Positions 22,343 through 30,496 of a stretch of 32,000 nucleotides of DNA are shown here, piece after piece. The translations under genes were made by a program, and so were the position numbers. The notes beneath the pieces are model-generated. The model had not been told where the DNA came from. It did no database searches and saw only the letters and a program-made list of their open reading frames with translations. Source of the stretch: Demequinaceae bacterium (GTDB lineage: Bacteria > Actinomycetota > Actinomycetes > Actinomycetales > Demequinaceae); assembly GCA_965250005.1 (NCBI GenBank), contig OZ252279.1, positions 1,380,001-1,412,000 of the forward strand, given 5' to 3'. Positions within the stretch are counted from its first letter, which is position 1. Every line of letters begins with the position of its first letter.

Positions 22343-23398
22343 GTGAATCCTCCTGCTCATGATCTCCGGATCGAAACCATCGACGACGAGGCGTTCGTCG
22401 GCCACGTACACGCCTCCGGCCAATCCGTTCCGATCGAGCAGGCGCCCGTCTGGGATGCGTACGACGCCGCTGTCTCCGTGCGTACACCTTGGCGTCGTCT
22501 AGTCGCCCGGGATGCCGCAGCCGACGCCGGCGCCGCGCCAATCGCCGTCATCGCTCTCACAAAGTATGAGGGGCACGGGTTCGAGTTCCTGTGGGCCAAG
22601 CACGGCCCAGTCTGGCTTACCGAGCCGTCGGCCGCGCTCGAGAAACTCGCTCACCGCGCGCTCTCAGCGTACGTCGAAGCCGAGGCCCCCGAGGCCGTGT
22701 TCGTGCGCCTGCACGCTCGCCACCAAGCTGGCCACCTGAGTCCACTTCTGCAAACTGTTACCTACGACCGCACCGTCGTCATTGACCTCGCTCCGGACGC
22801 CGACTCGTACCTCGCGGGGCTGGCCAAAAAGTTCCGCTACACCGTGCGGCAGGCCCTCAAACACGAGGCCGTAGCGGTCACCGACGAGTCAACAATGACC
22901 ACGGAGCAGTTCGGCGAACTCTACGCGATCTACCTGGAAACCGCGGATCGGGACGGCTTCGGAATCTACAGCGCGGACGCGTACTTTGAGATGATCCAGA
23001 CGCTTGCGCCCCACGCGCGGGTCTTCGTGGCTCGGCGCACCGACACGGGAGACGACGGCGCAGAGCCCGGACGCGCGACGGCCTGGGCAATCATCACGCT
23101 CTACGACGGTCACGCCCAGTACTACTACGCCGCCGGGAACGCAGAAGCTCGCGCAACCGACGCAACAGTCCGGCTGCTATGGGACGCTCTCGCGCAACTG
23201 CGCAGCGAAGGCGCTCGCACATTCGACATGATGGGCGTAGATTCGCCTCTCGCACCGACGCTCGCGGGGGTGGGACTTTTCAAACGCAAGTGGGGTGCAG
23301 AGTCCGCCGTGGATTCTAGTTGGGATCTGCCCATCAAACGCGCAAAGTACCGAGGGCTGCGAATCGCGCTGCGCCTCAAAAAACTGTTCGGCCGCTAG
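22343..23398 (+). CDS. FemAB-family peptidoglycan interpeptide-bridge aminoacyltransferase-like protein
   Basis: 351 aa. General FemAB/GNAT-duplication pattern (...FLWAKHGPVW..., LAKKFRYTVRQALKH, YYYAAGN..., GVGLFKRKWG). It lies next to a class A PBP. The family call is from memory of such motifs, not a search. Confidence 0.7.
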   Translation: MNPPAHDLRIETIDDEAFVGHVHASGQSVPIEQAPVWDAYDAAVSVRTPWRRLVARDAAADAGAAPIAVIALTKYEGHGFEFLWAKHGPVWLTEPSAALEKLAHRALSAYVEAEAPEAVFVRLHARHQAGHLSPLLQTVTYDRTVVIDLAPDADSYLAGLAKKFRYTVRQALKHEAVAVTDESTMTTEQFGELYAIYLETADRDGFGIYSADAYFEMIQTLAPHARVFVARRTDTGDDGAEPGRATAWAIITLYDGHAQYYYAAGNAEARATDATVRLLWDALAQLRSEGARTFDMMGVDSPLAPTLAGVGLFKRKWGAESAVDSSWDLPIKRAKYRGLRIALRLKKLFGR

Positions 23399-25665
23399 GG
23401 AGCTCCCGGCGACACGGACAGTTCGGGCTCCGGGACGAACGTCGCGCTCGGCGTCGGCCCTTCGGTGGGCGCGGGCAAGGCACTTGGCGACGCGCTTGGC
23501 GTTGGGCTTGGCGTCACGACAGGTTCGGGGCTGGGGGACGGCGAGGGCTCGGGGGACGGCTCAACCACTTCTCCGATGAACGAGCGCGCCGGGAATGCCT
23601 CAACCGGCATCCCCTCAAACACTTCGGCCATCATCGTGGTCCACAATCTGACGGGAACGGTCCCGCCCGTCACCTCACGGAAGCCACCGAATGGCGTGAT
23701 TGATTCGGCCGAGCCATCGTCGCCCACTTGGTAGAGCGCGACCGCGCCAACGATTTGCGGCGTGAACCCCACGAACCACGCGGACTTGTCACCGTTGGAC
23801 GTCCCCGTCTTGCCCGCGATGGGACGGTCGAGCCGACTGGCGTATACGCCGGAGCCGCGAAGCACCACCTGCTGCATCGCGTAGGTGGTCTCCACCATAA
23901 CGTTAGACGCGAATACGCGGTCACGCGTGCCTTCGTGCTCGTACTGAATACTGCCGTCCGACCGATAAACGGCCGAGACGAGGTAGGGCTCGGTAGCGAC
24001 GCCGCCCTCGGCAAACGTCGCGAATGCCGACGCCATATCGATCGGGTGGGGAGAGGCGGTGCCCAGGACGTTCGAGGGGTTTGCCTCGAGGCCGAGGGTG
24101 GCCTCGGGTAGTCCGGCCCTTTTGGCGACCTCGAGAACTTTCTCGGGTCCGACGTCGCGCGCCACTTGCACATAGACGTTGTTGACGGAGAATGCGGTCG
24201 CGTCGATCAGATTAATGTTGCCGTAGTCGACGTTGCGAAAGTTCGCCACGGGGGTGTCGAATCCTTCGATGCGCTGACCGGAGTCGCCGTTGTAGATCTG
24301 CTCGAGCGCCATGCCCGACTCGAGCGCGGCAATCAGTCCAAAGGGCTTGAATGTCGAGCCAGCCTGCGCGACGTCTTGGGTTACGGCGTTCCGCTGGATC
24401 GTCAAGTAGTCGGCCCCGCCGTACATCGCGGAGATGGCGCCGTTCTCGGGGTTGATGGTCACAATCGCCGCACGAAGGTTGGGGCTGTGGTCCGAGGCAA
24501 TTGACGCAGCCGCGTTGACCGCCGCGCGCTGAGTGCGCTGGTCGATCGTGGTGACAATGCTGTAGCCCTGCGACTCGATCTCCTCGATGCTGAGCCCCGT
24601 GCGTTCAGAGACCTCTTCGAGGGCTGCGCGCAAGATGTACCCGTCCGGGCCGCCATAGACGTTCTCGTTGCGGTATTCGATCACAGCGGGGAAGTCGAGC
24701 CGCAGTCGTTCGGCTGGAGTGAGCCAGCCACCCTCGACCATCCCGTCCAGCACGTAGTTCCAGCGAAACTCCGCCTGATCAGGGTCAAGGCGTGGGTCCC
24801 AGGCGCTCGGGGCGGGAACAATTCCCGCGAGCAGGGCTGCCTCCGCCACGGTGAGCGATTTCGCGGGATGGCCAAAGTACTCGCGAGACGCCGCCTGGAT
24901 CCCATACGCACCGCGACCAAAGTAGATGGTGTTCATGTAGTTCTCGAGGATTTCGGTCTTATCCTCCTGCTGGTCGATCTTCAGCGCCAGCAGGGCCTCC
25001 TCAATCTTGCCGGGAATATCTGTGGTGGTCTCGCCCACGTAGTAGCGCTCCACGTACTGCTGCGTGATTGTCGAGCCACCCTGACGGTCTCCCTGCACGA
25101 TGGTCTTGAACATCGCCCGGGCCGTTCCCATAATGTCGATTCCCGGATTCGAATAGAACGTGCGATCCTCAGCGGCGACGATCGCGTGGCCAACGTACTC
25201 GGGAAGGTCGCTGATGGAGACAACCTCCCTGTTCACAACGCCCAGCCTGCCGATCACGGAGATGCCGTCTGCGTAGTAGATCGTGGAGGCCTCGGCCTGC
25301 GCGAAGTCCGCAGCCGTTGGGACGGGAAGCCGCTGGTAGTAGATCGCGAGGCCCGCGAACGCGATCGTGGCAAGAATGAACGTCCCGGTGAAGCCCCACG
25401 CGAGGGCCGTGCGCAGCCAACGCTGCCAGCGGGGGCGGACCGGTGCGTTGGTGCGCGCAAGGCGCTGGGTCGTGGTGCCCTGGCGCCTGGTACCCGTTCT
25501 TTGTGCGCCGGCCCCGTGTCTTTTCGCCTTCTGCGTTGCGCTCTTGCGCGTCCCCGCGAGAGGTGGGGGCTTGACGAACCTATTCTGGCTCGTTGCCGAT
25601 GGAGAGCGCTGCCGCTGCGACCGCGTGCTCTGCCGCCTGGGTGGCTTGCGCCCGCTGGTGCTCAT
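23395..25665 (-). CDS. ponA: Class A penicillin-binding protein (bifunctional glycosyltransferase GT51 / D,D-transpeptidase), PBP1A-like
   Basis: 756 aa. GT51 motifs AAEDRTFYSNPGID, GGSTITQQYV and RKIEE-like KIEEALLALKI. Transpeptidase motifs STFKPF and KTGTS. A basic Ser/Thr/Arg/Gln-rich cytoplasmic tail of about 95 aa precedes the TM segment. The C-terminus is Pro/Ser-rich. Confidence 0.92.
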   Translation of the reverse strand: MSTSGRKPPRRQSTRSQRQRSPSATSQNRFVKPPPLAGTRKSATQKAKRHGAGAQRTGTRRQGTTTQRLARTNAPVRPRWQRWLRTALAWGFTGTFILATIAFAGLAIYYQRLPVPTAADFAQAEASTIYYADGISVIGRLGVVNREVVSISDLPEYVGHAIVAAEDRTFYSNPGIDIMGTARAMFKTIVQGDRQGGSTITQQYVERYYVGETTTDIPGKIEEALLALKIDQQEDKTEILENYMNTIYFGRGAYGIQAASREYFGHPAKSLTVAEAALLAGIVPAPSAWDPRLDPDQAEFRWNYVLDGMVEGGWLTPAERLRLDFPAVIEYRNENVYGGPDGYILRAALEEVSERTGLSIEEIESQGYSIVTTIDQRTQRAAVNAAASIASDHSPNLRAAIVTINPENGAISAMYGGADYLTIQRNAVTQDVAQAGSTFKPFGLIAALESGMALEQIYNGDSGQRIEGFDTPVANFRNVDYGNINLIDATAFSVNNVYVQVARDVGPEKVLEVAKRAGLPEATLGLEANPSNVLGTASPHPIDMASAFATFAEGGVATEPYLVSAVYRSDGSIQYEHEGTRDRVFASNVMVETTYAMQQVVLRGSGVYASRLDRPIAGKTGTSNGDKSAWFVGFTPQIVGAVALYQVGDDGSAESITPFGGFREVTGGTVPVRLWTTMMAEVFEGMPVEAFPARSFIGEVVEPSPEPSPSPSPEPVVTPSPTPSASPSALPAPTEGPTPSATFVPEPELSVSPGAP

Positions 25666-25725
25666 CCGTCAATCCTAGAAAGGGTCGCTGCTCGCGCCCT
25701 TGAGGCGCACGGCACGACCACCTCG

Positions 25726-26034
25726 CTAGAGGGCAAACACTGCGGCGATTGCGCCCCAGCCGATGCCCAGGGCGATGAAGCCAAGTAACGACCACTTCCA
25801 CCACGGGTGAATGTCGGCCGTGATTCCGCCGTTGATTGCGCGCGCCTCCGGCTCCGAAACCTCGGCAACCGTCCAGCCCGCCTCCGTCCACTGGGCGTGG
25901 TGGAATCTGCGCCCCCAAGCCACAGTCAACACGAAGAAGATGTGCACATATGTGTAGGCCACTACGACGCGCTGCCGCTCGTCGACGACGAAGTCCTTGG
26001 TCTTGCTTCCCCAGCCAAAGAAGAGCATGTTCAC
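25726..26034 (-). CDS. Hypothetical small membrane protein (102 aa), probably co-transcribed with the PBP gene
   Basis: GTG start at 26034 (ATG 26028 is an alternative). Hydrophobic segments VAYTYVHIFFVLTVAW and WSLLGFIALGIGWGAIAAVFAL. It ends 60 nt upstream of the PBP start on the same strand. Confidence 0.55.
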   Translation of the reverse strand: MNMLFFGWGSKTKDFVVDERQRVVVAYTYVHIFFVLTVAWGRRFHHAQWTEAGWTVAEVSEPEARAINGGITADIHPWWKWSLLGFIALGIGWGAIAAVFAL

Positions 26035-26143
26035 CGCTCATATCGTGGGCGCGTCGGCCCTAGTCAGCTGAGCCTAGCGGCCCACGCCCTGTCGCGCCCG
26101 TTGAAGCCCGGCACGAACACCAATCCCTCAAAGAGCCCAATAG

Positions 26144-26169
26144 ACATTTTCGATGTATCGGTTCGATAC
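26144..26169. promoter_or_regulatory. Candidate PadR operator: two overlapping palindromes in the divergent promoter region
   Basis: ACAT-tttcg-ATGT (26144-26156) and GTATCG-gtt-CGATAC (26155-26169). The segment also reads as a direct repeat TTCGATGTA / TTCGATACA. It is the only AT-rich patch in the 26035-26231 spacer, about 60-90 nt upstream of the padR ATG. Confidence 0.3.
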
Positions 26170-26231
26170 AACTTTCTGTTACGGTTCTTGGGTGCGGCAA
26201 CCGCCGCTTCAGGACCGCAGAGGAGTCAAAT

Positions 26232-26813
26232 ATGTCAAAGGGAGACGTGCTCACGCTCGCCATCCTTGGCATTCTCGAAGACAACCCTCTGCACGGCTAC
26301 CAGATTCGCAAACGGCTCGGCATCGAACTCGGTGCCTTCCGCGCCCTCAGTTACGGATCGCTCTACCCCGCCCTCAAGCGGATGCTGGCCAATGGCCTGC
26401 TCGCCGCGGACGGGGAAGACGATTCGGCGAAGGGCTCGCGCCGTTCGCGAATCTCGTACCACCTTACGGATGCCGGGATTGCTCAACTCAAGGAAGAACT
26501 CGCCAACGTCGGTGCGTCCTCCTGGGACGACAGCTCGTTCGACGTGCGGTTCTCGATGTTCAACCGCACAGATTCAGAGACACGCCTGCGGGTGCTCGAA
26601 GGGCGCCGCGCGCGCGTCTCCGAGCGCCTGGAAGAGGTAGCCGACAACCTCAAGCGTGTGCGCGAGCGCCACGATGCATACACCGAGGAACTTCAGCGCC
26701 ACGGTCTCGAGACCGTTGAGCGTGAGGTCGAATGGCTCGACCGCCTGATTGAAGAAGAACGATCCGCCGCTGGCGGTAACACCAACGGATCCGCAGCAGC
26801 GGGTAATAACTAA
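26232..26813 (+). CDS. PadR-family transcriptional regulator
   Basis: 193 aa. [49 protein letters not shown] is the PadR winged-helix signature. GAGGAG Shine-Dalgarno upstream. Confidence 0.9.
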   Translation: MSKGDVLTLAILGILEDNPLHGYQIRKRLGIELGAFRALSYGSLYPALKRMLANGLLAADGEDDSAKGSRRSRISYHLTDAGIAQLKEELANVGASSWDDSSFDVRFSMFNRTDSETRLRVLEGRRARVSERLEEVADNLKRVRERHDAYTEELQRHGLETVEREVEWLDRLIEEERSAAGGNTNGSAAAGNN

Positions 26814-26823
26814 GGAGATAATC

Positions 26824-27903
26824 ATGGCTAGCCTCAAGGTCGCCATTGTCGGCGTAGGAAACTGCGCCACCTCGCTCATCCAGGGCGTTGAGTTCTACAA
26901 GGACGCCAAGCCCGAGGACACCGTCCCCGGCCTTATGCACGTCCAGTTCGGCGATTACCACATCTCGGACATCGAGTTCGTGGCCGCCTTCGACGTTGAC
27001 GCCAAGAAAGTTGGCAAGGAGCTCATCGAAGCCACCGAGGCCTCGGAGAACAACACCGTCAAGATCTCCGACGTCCCCAAGACCAACGTCACGGTTGAGC
27101 GCGGGCACACCCTCGACGGTCTCGGCAAGTACTACCGCGAGACCATCACCGAGTCCGAAGCCGCCCCAGTCGACATCGTCGCCCGCATCAAGGAGGTGGG
27201 CGCCGATGTACTCGTCTGCTACCTCCCGGTGGGCTCGGAAGATGCGGCCAAGTACTACGCGCAGTGCGCAATCGACGCCAAGGTGGCGTTCGTGAACGCG
27301 CTGCCCGTGTTCATCGCCTCTGACCCGGTCTGGGCCAAGAAGTTCGAGGACGCTGGCGTGCCGATCGTCGGCGACGACATCAAATCCCAGGTGGGTGCCA
27401 CCATCACGCATCGCGTGATGGCGAAGCTCTTCGAAGACCGTGGCGTCATCCTTGACCGCACTTACCAGCTCAACGTTGGCGGAAACATGGACTTCAAGAA
27501 CATGCTTGAGCGCGACCGCCTCGAGTCCAAGAAGATCTCGAAGACCAATGCCGTGACCTCCAACCTGGGTCACGACATGGGCGAGAAGAACGTCCACATT
27601 GGTCCGTCGGACTACATCCCGTGGCTCGACGACCGCAAGTGGGCATATGTGCGCCTCGAGGGTCGCGCGTTCGGCGAGGTGCCCCTGAACCTGGAGTACA
27701 AGCTCGAGGTCTGGGACTCCCCCAACTCGGCCGGCATCATCATCGACGCCGTCCGTGCTGCCAAGATCGCGTCCGACCGTGGCGTCGGTGGCCCCATCAC
27801 GTCCCCCGCGTCGTACTTCATGAAGACGCCCCCGATTCAGGTCGAGGACACGCAAGCACGCAAGAACGTCGAGGCGTTCATCGCGGGCAACCTCGAGCGC
27901 TAG
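26824..27903 (+). CDS. ino1: myo-Inositol-1-phosphate (inositol-3-phosphate) synthase
   Basis: Trimmed to ATG 26824, with AAGGAG 6 nt upstream. 359 aa. [22 protein letters not shown]..., [15 protein letters not shown], and [20 protein letters not shown] are typical of actinobacterial Ino1. Confidence 0.93.
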   Translation: MASLKVAIVGVGNCATSLIQGVEFYKDAKPEDTVPGLMHVQFGDYHISDIEFVAAFDVDAKKVGKELIEATEASENNTVKISDVPKTNVTVERGHTLDGLGKYYRETITESEAAPVDIVARIKEVGADVLVCYLPVGSEDAAKYYAQCAIDAKVAFVNALPVFIASDPVWAKKFEDAGVPIVGDDIKSQVGATITHRVMAKLFEDRGVILDRTYQLNVGGNMDFKNMLERDRLESKKISKTNAVTSNLGHDMGEKNVHIGPSDYIPWLDDRKWAYVRLEGRAFGEVPLNLEYKLEVWDSPNSAGIIIDAVRAAKIASDRGVGGPITSPASYFMKTPPIQVEDTQARKNVEAFIAGNLER

Positions 27904-27927
27904 GTAGTTCCTGCAACACACTGGCAG

Positions 27928-27965
27928 ACGCAAAGGCCGGGCCCCGCGGGGCCCGGCCTTTGCGT
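27928..27965 (+). terminator. Strong hairpin terminator after ino1
   Basis: acgcaaaggccgggcccc / ggggcccggcctttgcgt: a nearly perfect palindrome with about 17 bp of stem, 25 nt after the stop. Confidence 0.8.
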
Positions 27966-28013
27966 TCCTACGCCCGCCGACGGCACCACCCTGCACATGC
28001 GACTTCTACCCGC

Positions 28014-28019
28014 TAGCCT
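28014..28019 (+). promoter_or_regulatory. -10 hexamer TAGCCT positioned for a leaderless transcript starting at GTG 28026
   Basis: TAGCCT + 6 nt (gatcgt) + GTG. No Shine-Dalgarno sequence. Confidence 0.3.
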
Positions 28020-28025
28020 GATCGT

Positions 28026-29522
28026 GTGAACCTGAAGCCAAGTGACGCGCGGTCTTGGAAGCGGCGGCTCGCGTCACGGCTGAGGCGATACCTGGAGCGC
28101 GGACTCAAGATCTGGCCACGTTGGCCGGTCGCTCGGTGGATCGTTTTGCCGGGCGTGCTCAGCCTGTGGGCGTTCGTGGCTGTGGGTCTAACTGAACTTG
28201 AATTTAGCTGGGTCCCCCTCGACCTCGCCTGGCACGTCAAGGTGGCGGTGGCGTCGATCGCGCTCGCGCTGGGGGCCGTTCTCGTGGTCCTTTGGCAAGC
28301 ACGGCTGGAACCTCTCAAGAACTCACGTAGTCAATACGCACCTCAGATGTGGCGCCTCAACTTCGCCATCGGGCTCGCCTTGTTGGGGGCAACGGCGTTC
28401 GAGTACGCGCTTTTTGGGTCACTGGGAGGAAATTGGTCCTGGCCCTGGAATCAAGTACGGCTGCTCGGTAGCGCGACCGATACTTCGTTCATCCAATCAG
28501 CGCTCGCACTAGTCACGCCGTACATCGCACTCATCACAGCGGTGTTCGCCTACCGACGCACGCGGCTGAGCCTCGCGGACTCCGAGCGATCTGACGCAGC
28601 AGCGTTTCAGCAGCGGTATATCGACGCGGCAAAGTTACTTGCCGAAGAGAGTTCGACCGCGCGAGTCGCCGGTGCGATCGCCATGGGCAGTCTTGCGCGA
28701 GACTGGGTGGCGAACCGCCAAGAATGTGTCAACGTGATCTGCGGGTACCTGCGCGTCAAGCCGGCACCATCGCACCTCACCCGTGACGAATCCAAAGACG
28801 TCTCGGAGCGATACGACTGGCACAACGGTGAAGACAATGTTCGGCGCCAACTCGTCGACGAATTGAGGCTTGCGCTGGGCGGACACGGTAGTGACCTCCC
28901 CCACTACGAGCGACAAATCAAGATTGACGTGAATCTTGCGGGGGCGTTGTTTGCACCGAACACCAGACTCTCAGGGGCGATATTCATGGGGAATGCCTCG
29001 TTCGACGGCGCGATATTCACGGGGGATGCCTCGTTCGACGGCGCGACATTCACGTGGGACGCCTCGTTCGACGGCGCGACATTCACGAGGGACGCCTCGT
29101 TCGACGGCGCGACATTCACGTGGGACACCTCATTCGTCGAGGCGACATTCACGAGGGACGCCTCGTTCGACGGCGCGACATTCACGTGGGACATCTCATT
29201 CGCCGAGGCGACATTCACGTGGGACACCTCATTCGCCGAGGCGACATTCACGAGGGACACCTCGTTCGACGGCGCGACATTCACGAGGGACGCCTCGTTC
29301 GACGGCGCGACATTCACGAGGGACGCCTCGTTCGACGGCGCGACATTCACGTCCAACTACGAAACCTTTCCCGCTGGCATACAGCCTCGGGGGCCTCTCG
29401 GCCCACTCGCAAAGGCGAGCAGCATTCCCGACCCCCCGGGAAACATCGTCGACGACGACTCGAAACAGGAGAGAGACGCCGAGTGGTATCTCGAAGGCGA
29501 GGTAAGGCCAGACCAAAACTAA
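28026..29522 (+). CDS. Membrane-anchored pentapeptide-type repeat protein (4 predicted TM segments, helical linker domain, beta-solenoid repeat region)
   Basis: 498 aa. Four hydrophobic segments in aa 30-175. The linker QQRYIDAAKLLAEESSTARVAGAIAMGSLARDW...VICGYLRV resembles the conserved helical module preceding the repeats in many bacterial pentapeptide-repeat proteins. It is followed by eleven DASFDGATFT(W/R)-type units. Confidence 0.8.
   Translation: MNLKPSDARSWKRRLASRLRRYLERGLKIWPRWPVARWIVLPGVLSLWAFVAVGLTELEFSWVPLDLAWHVKVAVASIALALGAVLVVLWQARLEPLKNSRSQYAPQMWRLNFAIGLALLGATAFEYALFGSLGGNWSWPWNQVRLLGSATDTSFIQSALALVTPYIALITAVFAYRRTRLSLADSERSDAAAFQQRYIDAAKLLAEESSTARVAGAIAMGSLARDWVANRQECVNVICGYLRVKPAPSHLTRDESKDVSERYDWHNGEDNVRRQLVDELRLALGGHGSDLPHYERQIKIDVNLAGALFAPNTRLSGAIFMGNASFDGAIFTGDASFDGATFTWDASFDGATFTRDASFDGATFTWDTSFVEATFTRDASFDGATFTWDISFAEATFTWDTSFAEATFTRDTSFDGATFTRDASFDGATFTRDASFDGATFTSNYETFPAGIQPRGPLGPLAKASSIPDPPGNIVDDDSKQERDAEWYLEGEVRPDQN
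28995..29357 (+). repeat. Eleven in-frame 33-bp tandem repeats inside the repeat-protein gene
   Basis: Units start at 28995, 29028, 29061, 29094, 29127, 29160, 29193, 29226, 29259, 29292 and 29325. Units 2, 4 and 6 are identical (gcctcgttcgacggcgcgacattcacgtgggac). Units 3 and 10 are identical (...acgagggac). Units 5, 7 and 8 form a variant class (a[c/t]ctcattcg[t/c]cgaggcg...). Confidence 0.95.
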
Positions 29523-29595
29523 GGGCCTGTGCCAAAACTCACAGCCACAAGAGGACTTCAGGCGCGTACCATCGTGGGTAGCCAAGGGAGGCTTG

Positions 29596-29838
29596 ATGCT
29601 GAGGTGTGAAAGTTGCGGCGTTCCCCTGAACGATGAAAACCGCGGCACTGAGGAAGACGGTTCGTCCAGTGAGAAGTACTGCGCCACCTGCTATGCGCAA
29701 GGCGCCTTCACCTTGCCCGATGGCACCGTCGAACAAGTTCGCGAGAAGGCTGTCGCCGCGATCGTGAACCAAGGCGTGCCCCCGCATACCGCGAACATGC
29801 TCACCGAGAAGATCGAAGAACTCGCGCGCTGGAAGTAG
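29596..29838 (+). CDS. Small zinc-ribbon domain protein (about 80 aa; CxxC...CxxC)
   Basis: MLRCESCGVPLNDENRGTEEDGSSSEKYCATCYAQGAFTLPDGTVEQV...ELARWK. This matches my memory of the roughly 80-aa 'putative zinc ribbon' family (C.xCG.PL....fGt..dGs...eYC.yCy..G.Ft). GGGAGG lies 4 nt upstream of ATG 29596. The track start at 29593 is TTG. Confidence 0.6.
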   Translation: MLRCESCGVPLNDENRGTEEDGSSSEKYCATCYAQGAFTLPDGTVEQVREKAVAAIVNQGVPPHTANMLTEKIEELARWK

Positions 29839-29842
29839 CGAC

Positions 29843-30487
29843 CTAGGCCGCGCGCCGCGAAGCGATCAGCGCCACGCCCAGAGCCGCCATCATGACCCCG
29901 CCCGTAGCGCGAAGGCGCTCGAGCCGATGCGGCGACTTGGCGAACCAGTCCCGTGCCGTTCCGGCCAACAGTGCGTACAGGCCATCGCTCACGAGTGCGA
30001 CGAGGGCGAACACGAAGCCGAGCACAAGGATTTGAGCCCATGCCGCTCCGCGTGCCGGATCCACGAACTGCGGCAGCACCGCAGCGACGAACACGATGGT
30101 CTTGGGGTTCAGCACTCCGACGACGAAGGACTCGCTCAACAATTTGCTGGTAGGCGGGATTGCCTGTGCGTCATCGTCCGCTGGCACGTCCAGGCCCTCA
30201 CGCCGGTGGCGGATCGCCTGGATTCCCAAGTAGATCAAGTAGCCACCGCCGAACCACTTGAGAACCGTGAACGCTGTCGCGGATGCCGCAATCACCGCGC
30301 CGATGCCGACAGCCACCAGGATGGTGTGAGCCACCTCGCCACCGGTATTGCCCACCACGCTCACAAGAGCGGCGCGCTTGCCGTGCTGCAGTGCCCGGCC
30401 GACGATGAAGAGAATGCTCGGTCCCGGGATGACGATGACCACGAATGCGAGCGCTGTAAACGCTACGAGCGTGTTGAGGCTGACCAT
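29843..30487 (-). CDS. LysE/RhtB-family amino-acid exporter
   Basis: 214 aa, about 6 TM segments. LVAFTALAFVVIVIPGPSILFIVGRAL is the typical LysE N-terminus. Confidence 0.88.
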   Translation of the reverse strand: MVSLNTLVAFTALAFVVIVIPGPSILFIVGRALQHGKRAALVSVVGNTGGEVAHTILVAVGIGAVIAASATAFTVLKWFGGGYLIYLGIQAIRHRREGLDVPADDDAQAIPPTSKLLSESFVVGVLNPKTIVFVAAVLPQFVDPARGAAWAQILVLGFVFALVALVSDGLYALLAGTARDWFAKSPHRLERLRATGGVMMAALGVALIASRRAA

Positions 30488-30496
30488 GCCCCGACC

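Noticed and set aside
24868-25788. 306-aa plus-strand ORF
   Set aside because: It is antisense to the class A PBP gene.
26650-27996. 448-aa minus-strand ORF
   Set aside because: It is antisense to ino1 and the end of padR. It has no motifs, and ino1 is unambiguous.
28995-29357. Possible CRISPR array
   Set aside because: The repeats are directly abutting with no unique spacers, are in-frame within a coding sequence, and no cas genes are nearby.
28904-29581. Three repeat-containing ORFs (28904-29356 minus 'VAPSNEASLVN...', 28936-29505 plus 'RGTPRSTARHS...', 29054-29581 plus 'RRRDIHEGRLV...')
   Set aside because: They are shadow frames of the 33-bp tandem array. Because the period is a multiple of 3, every frame stays open. 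Only the 28026-29522 frame links to a coherent TM and helical N-terminal region.
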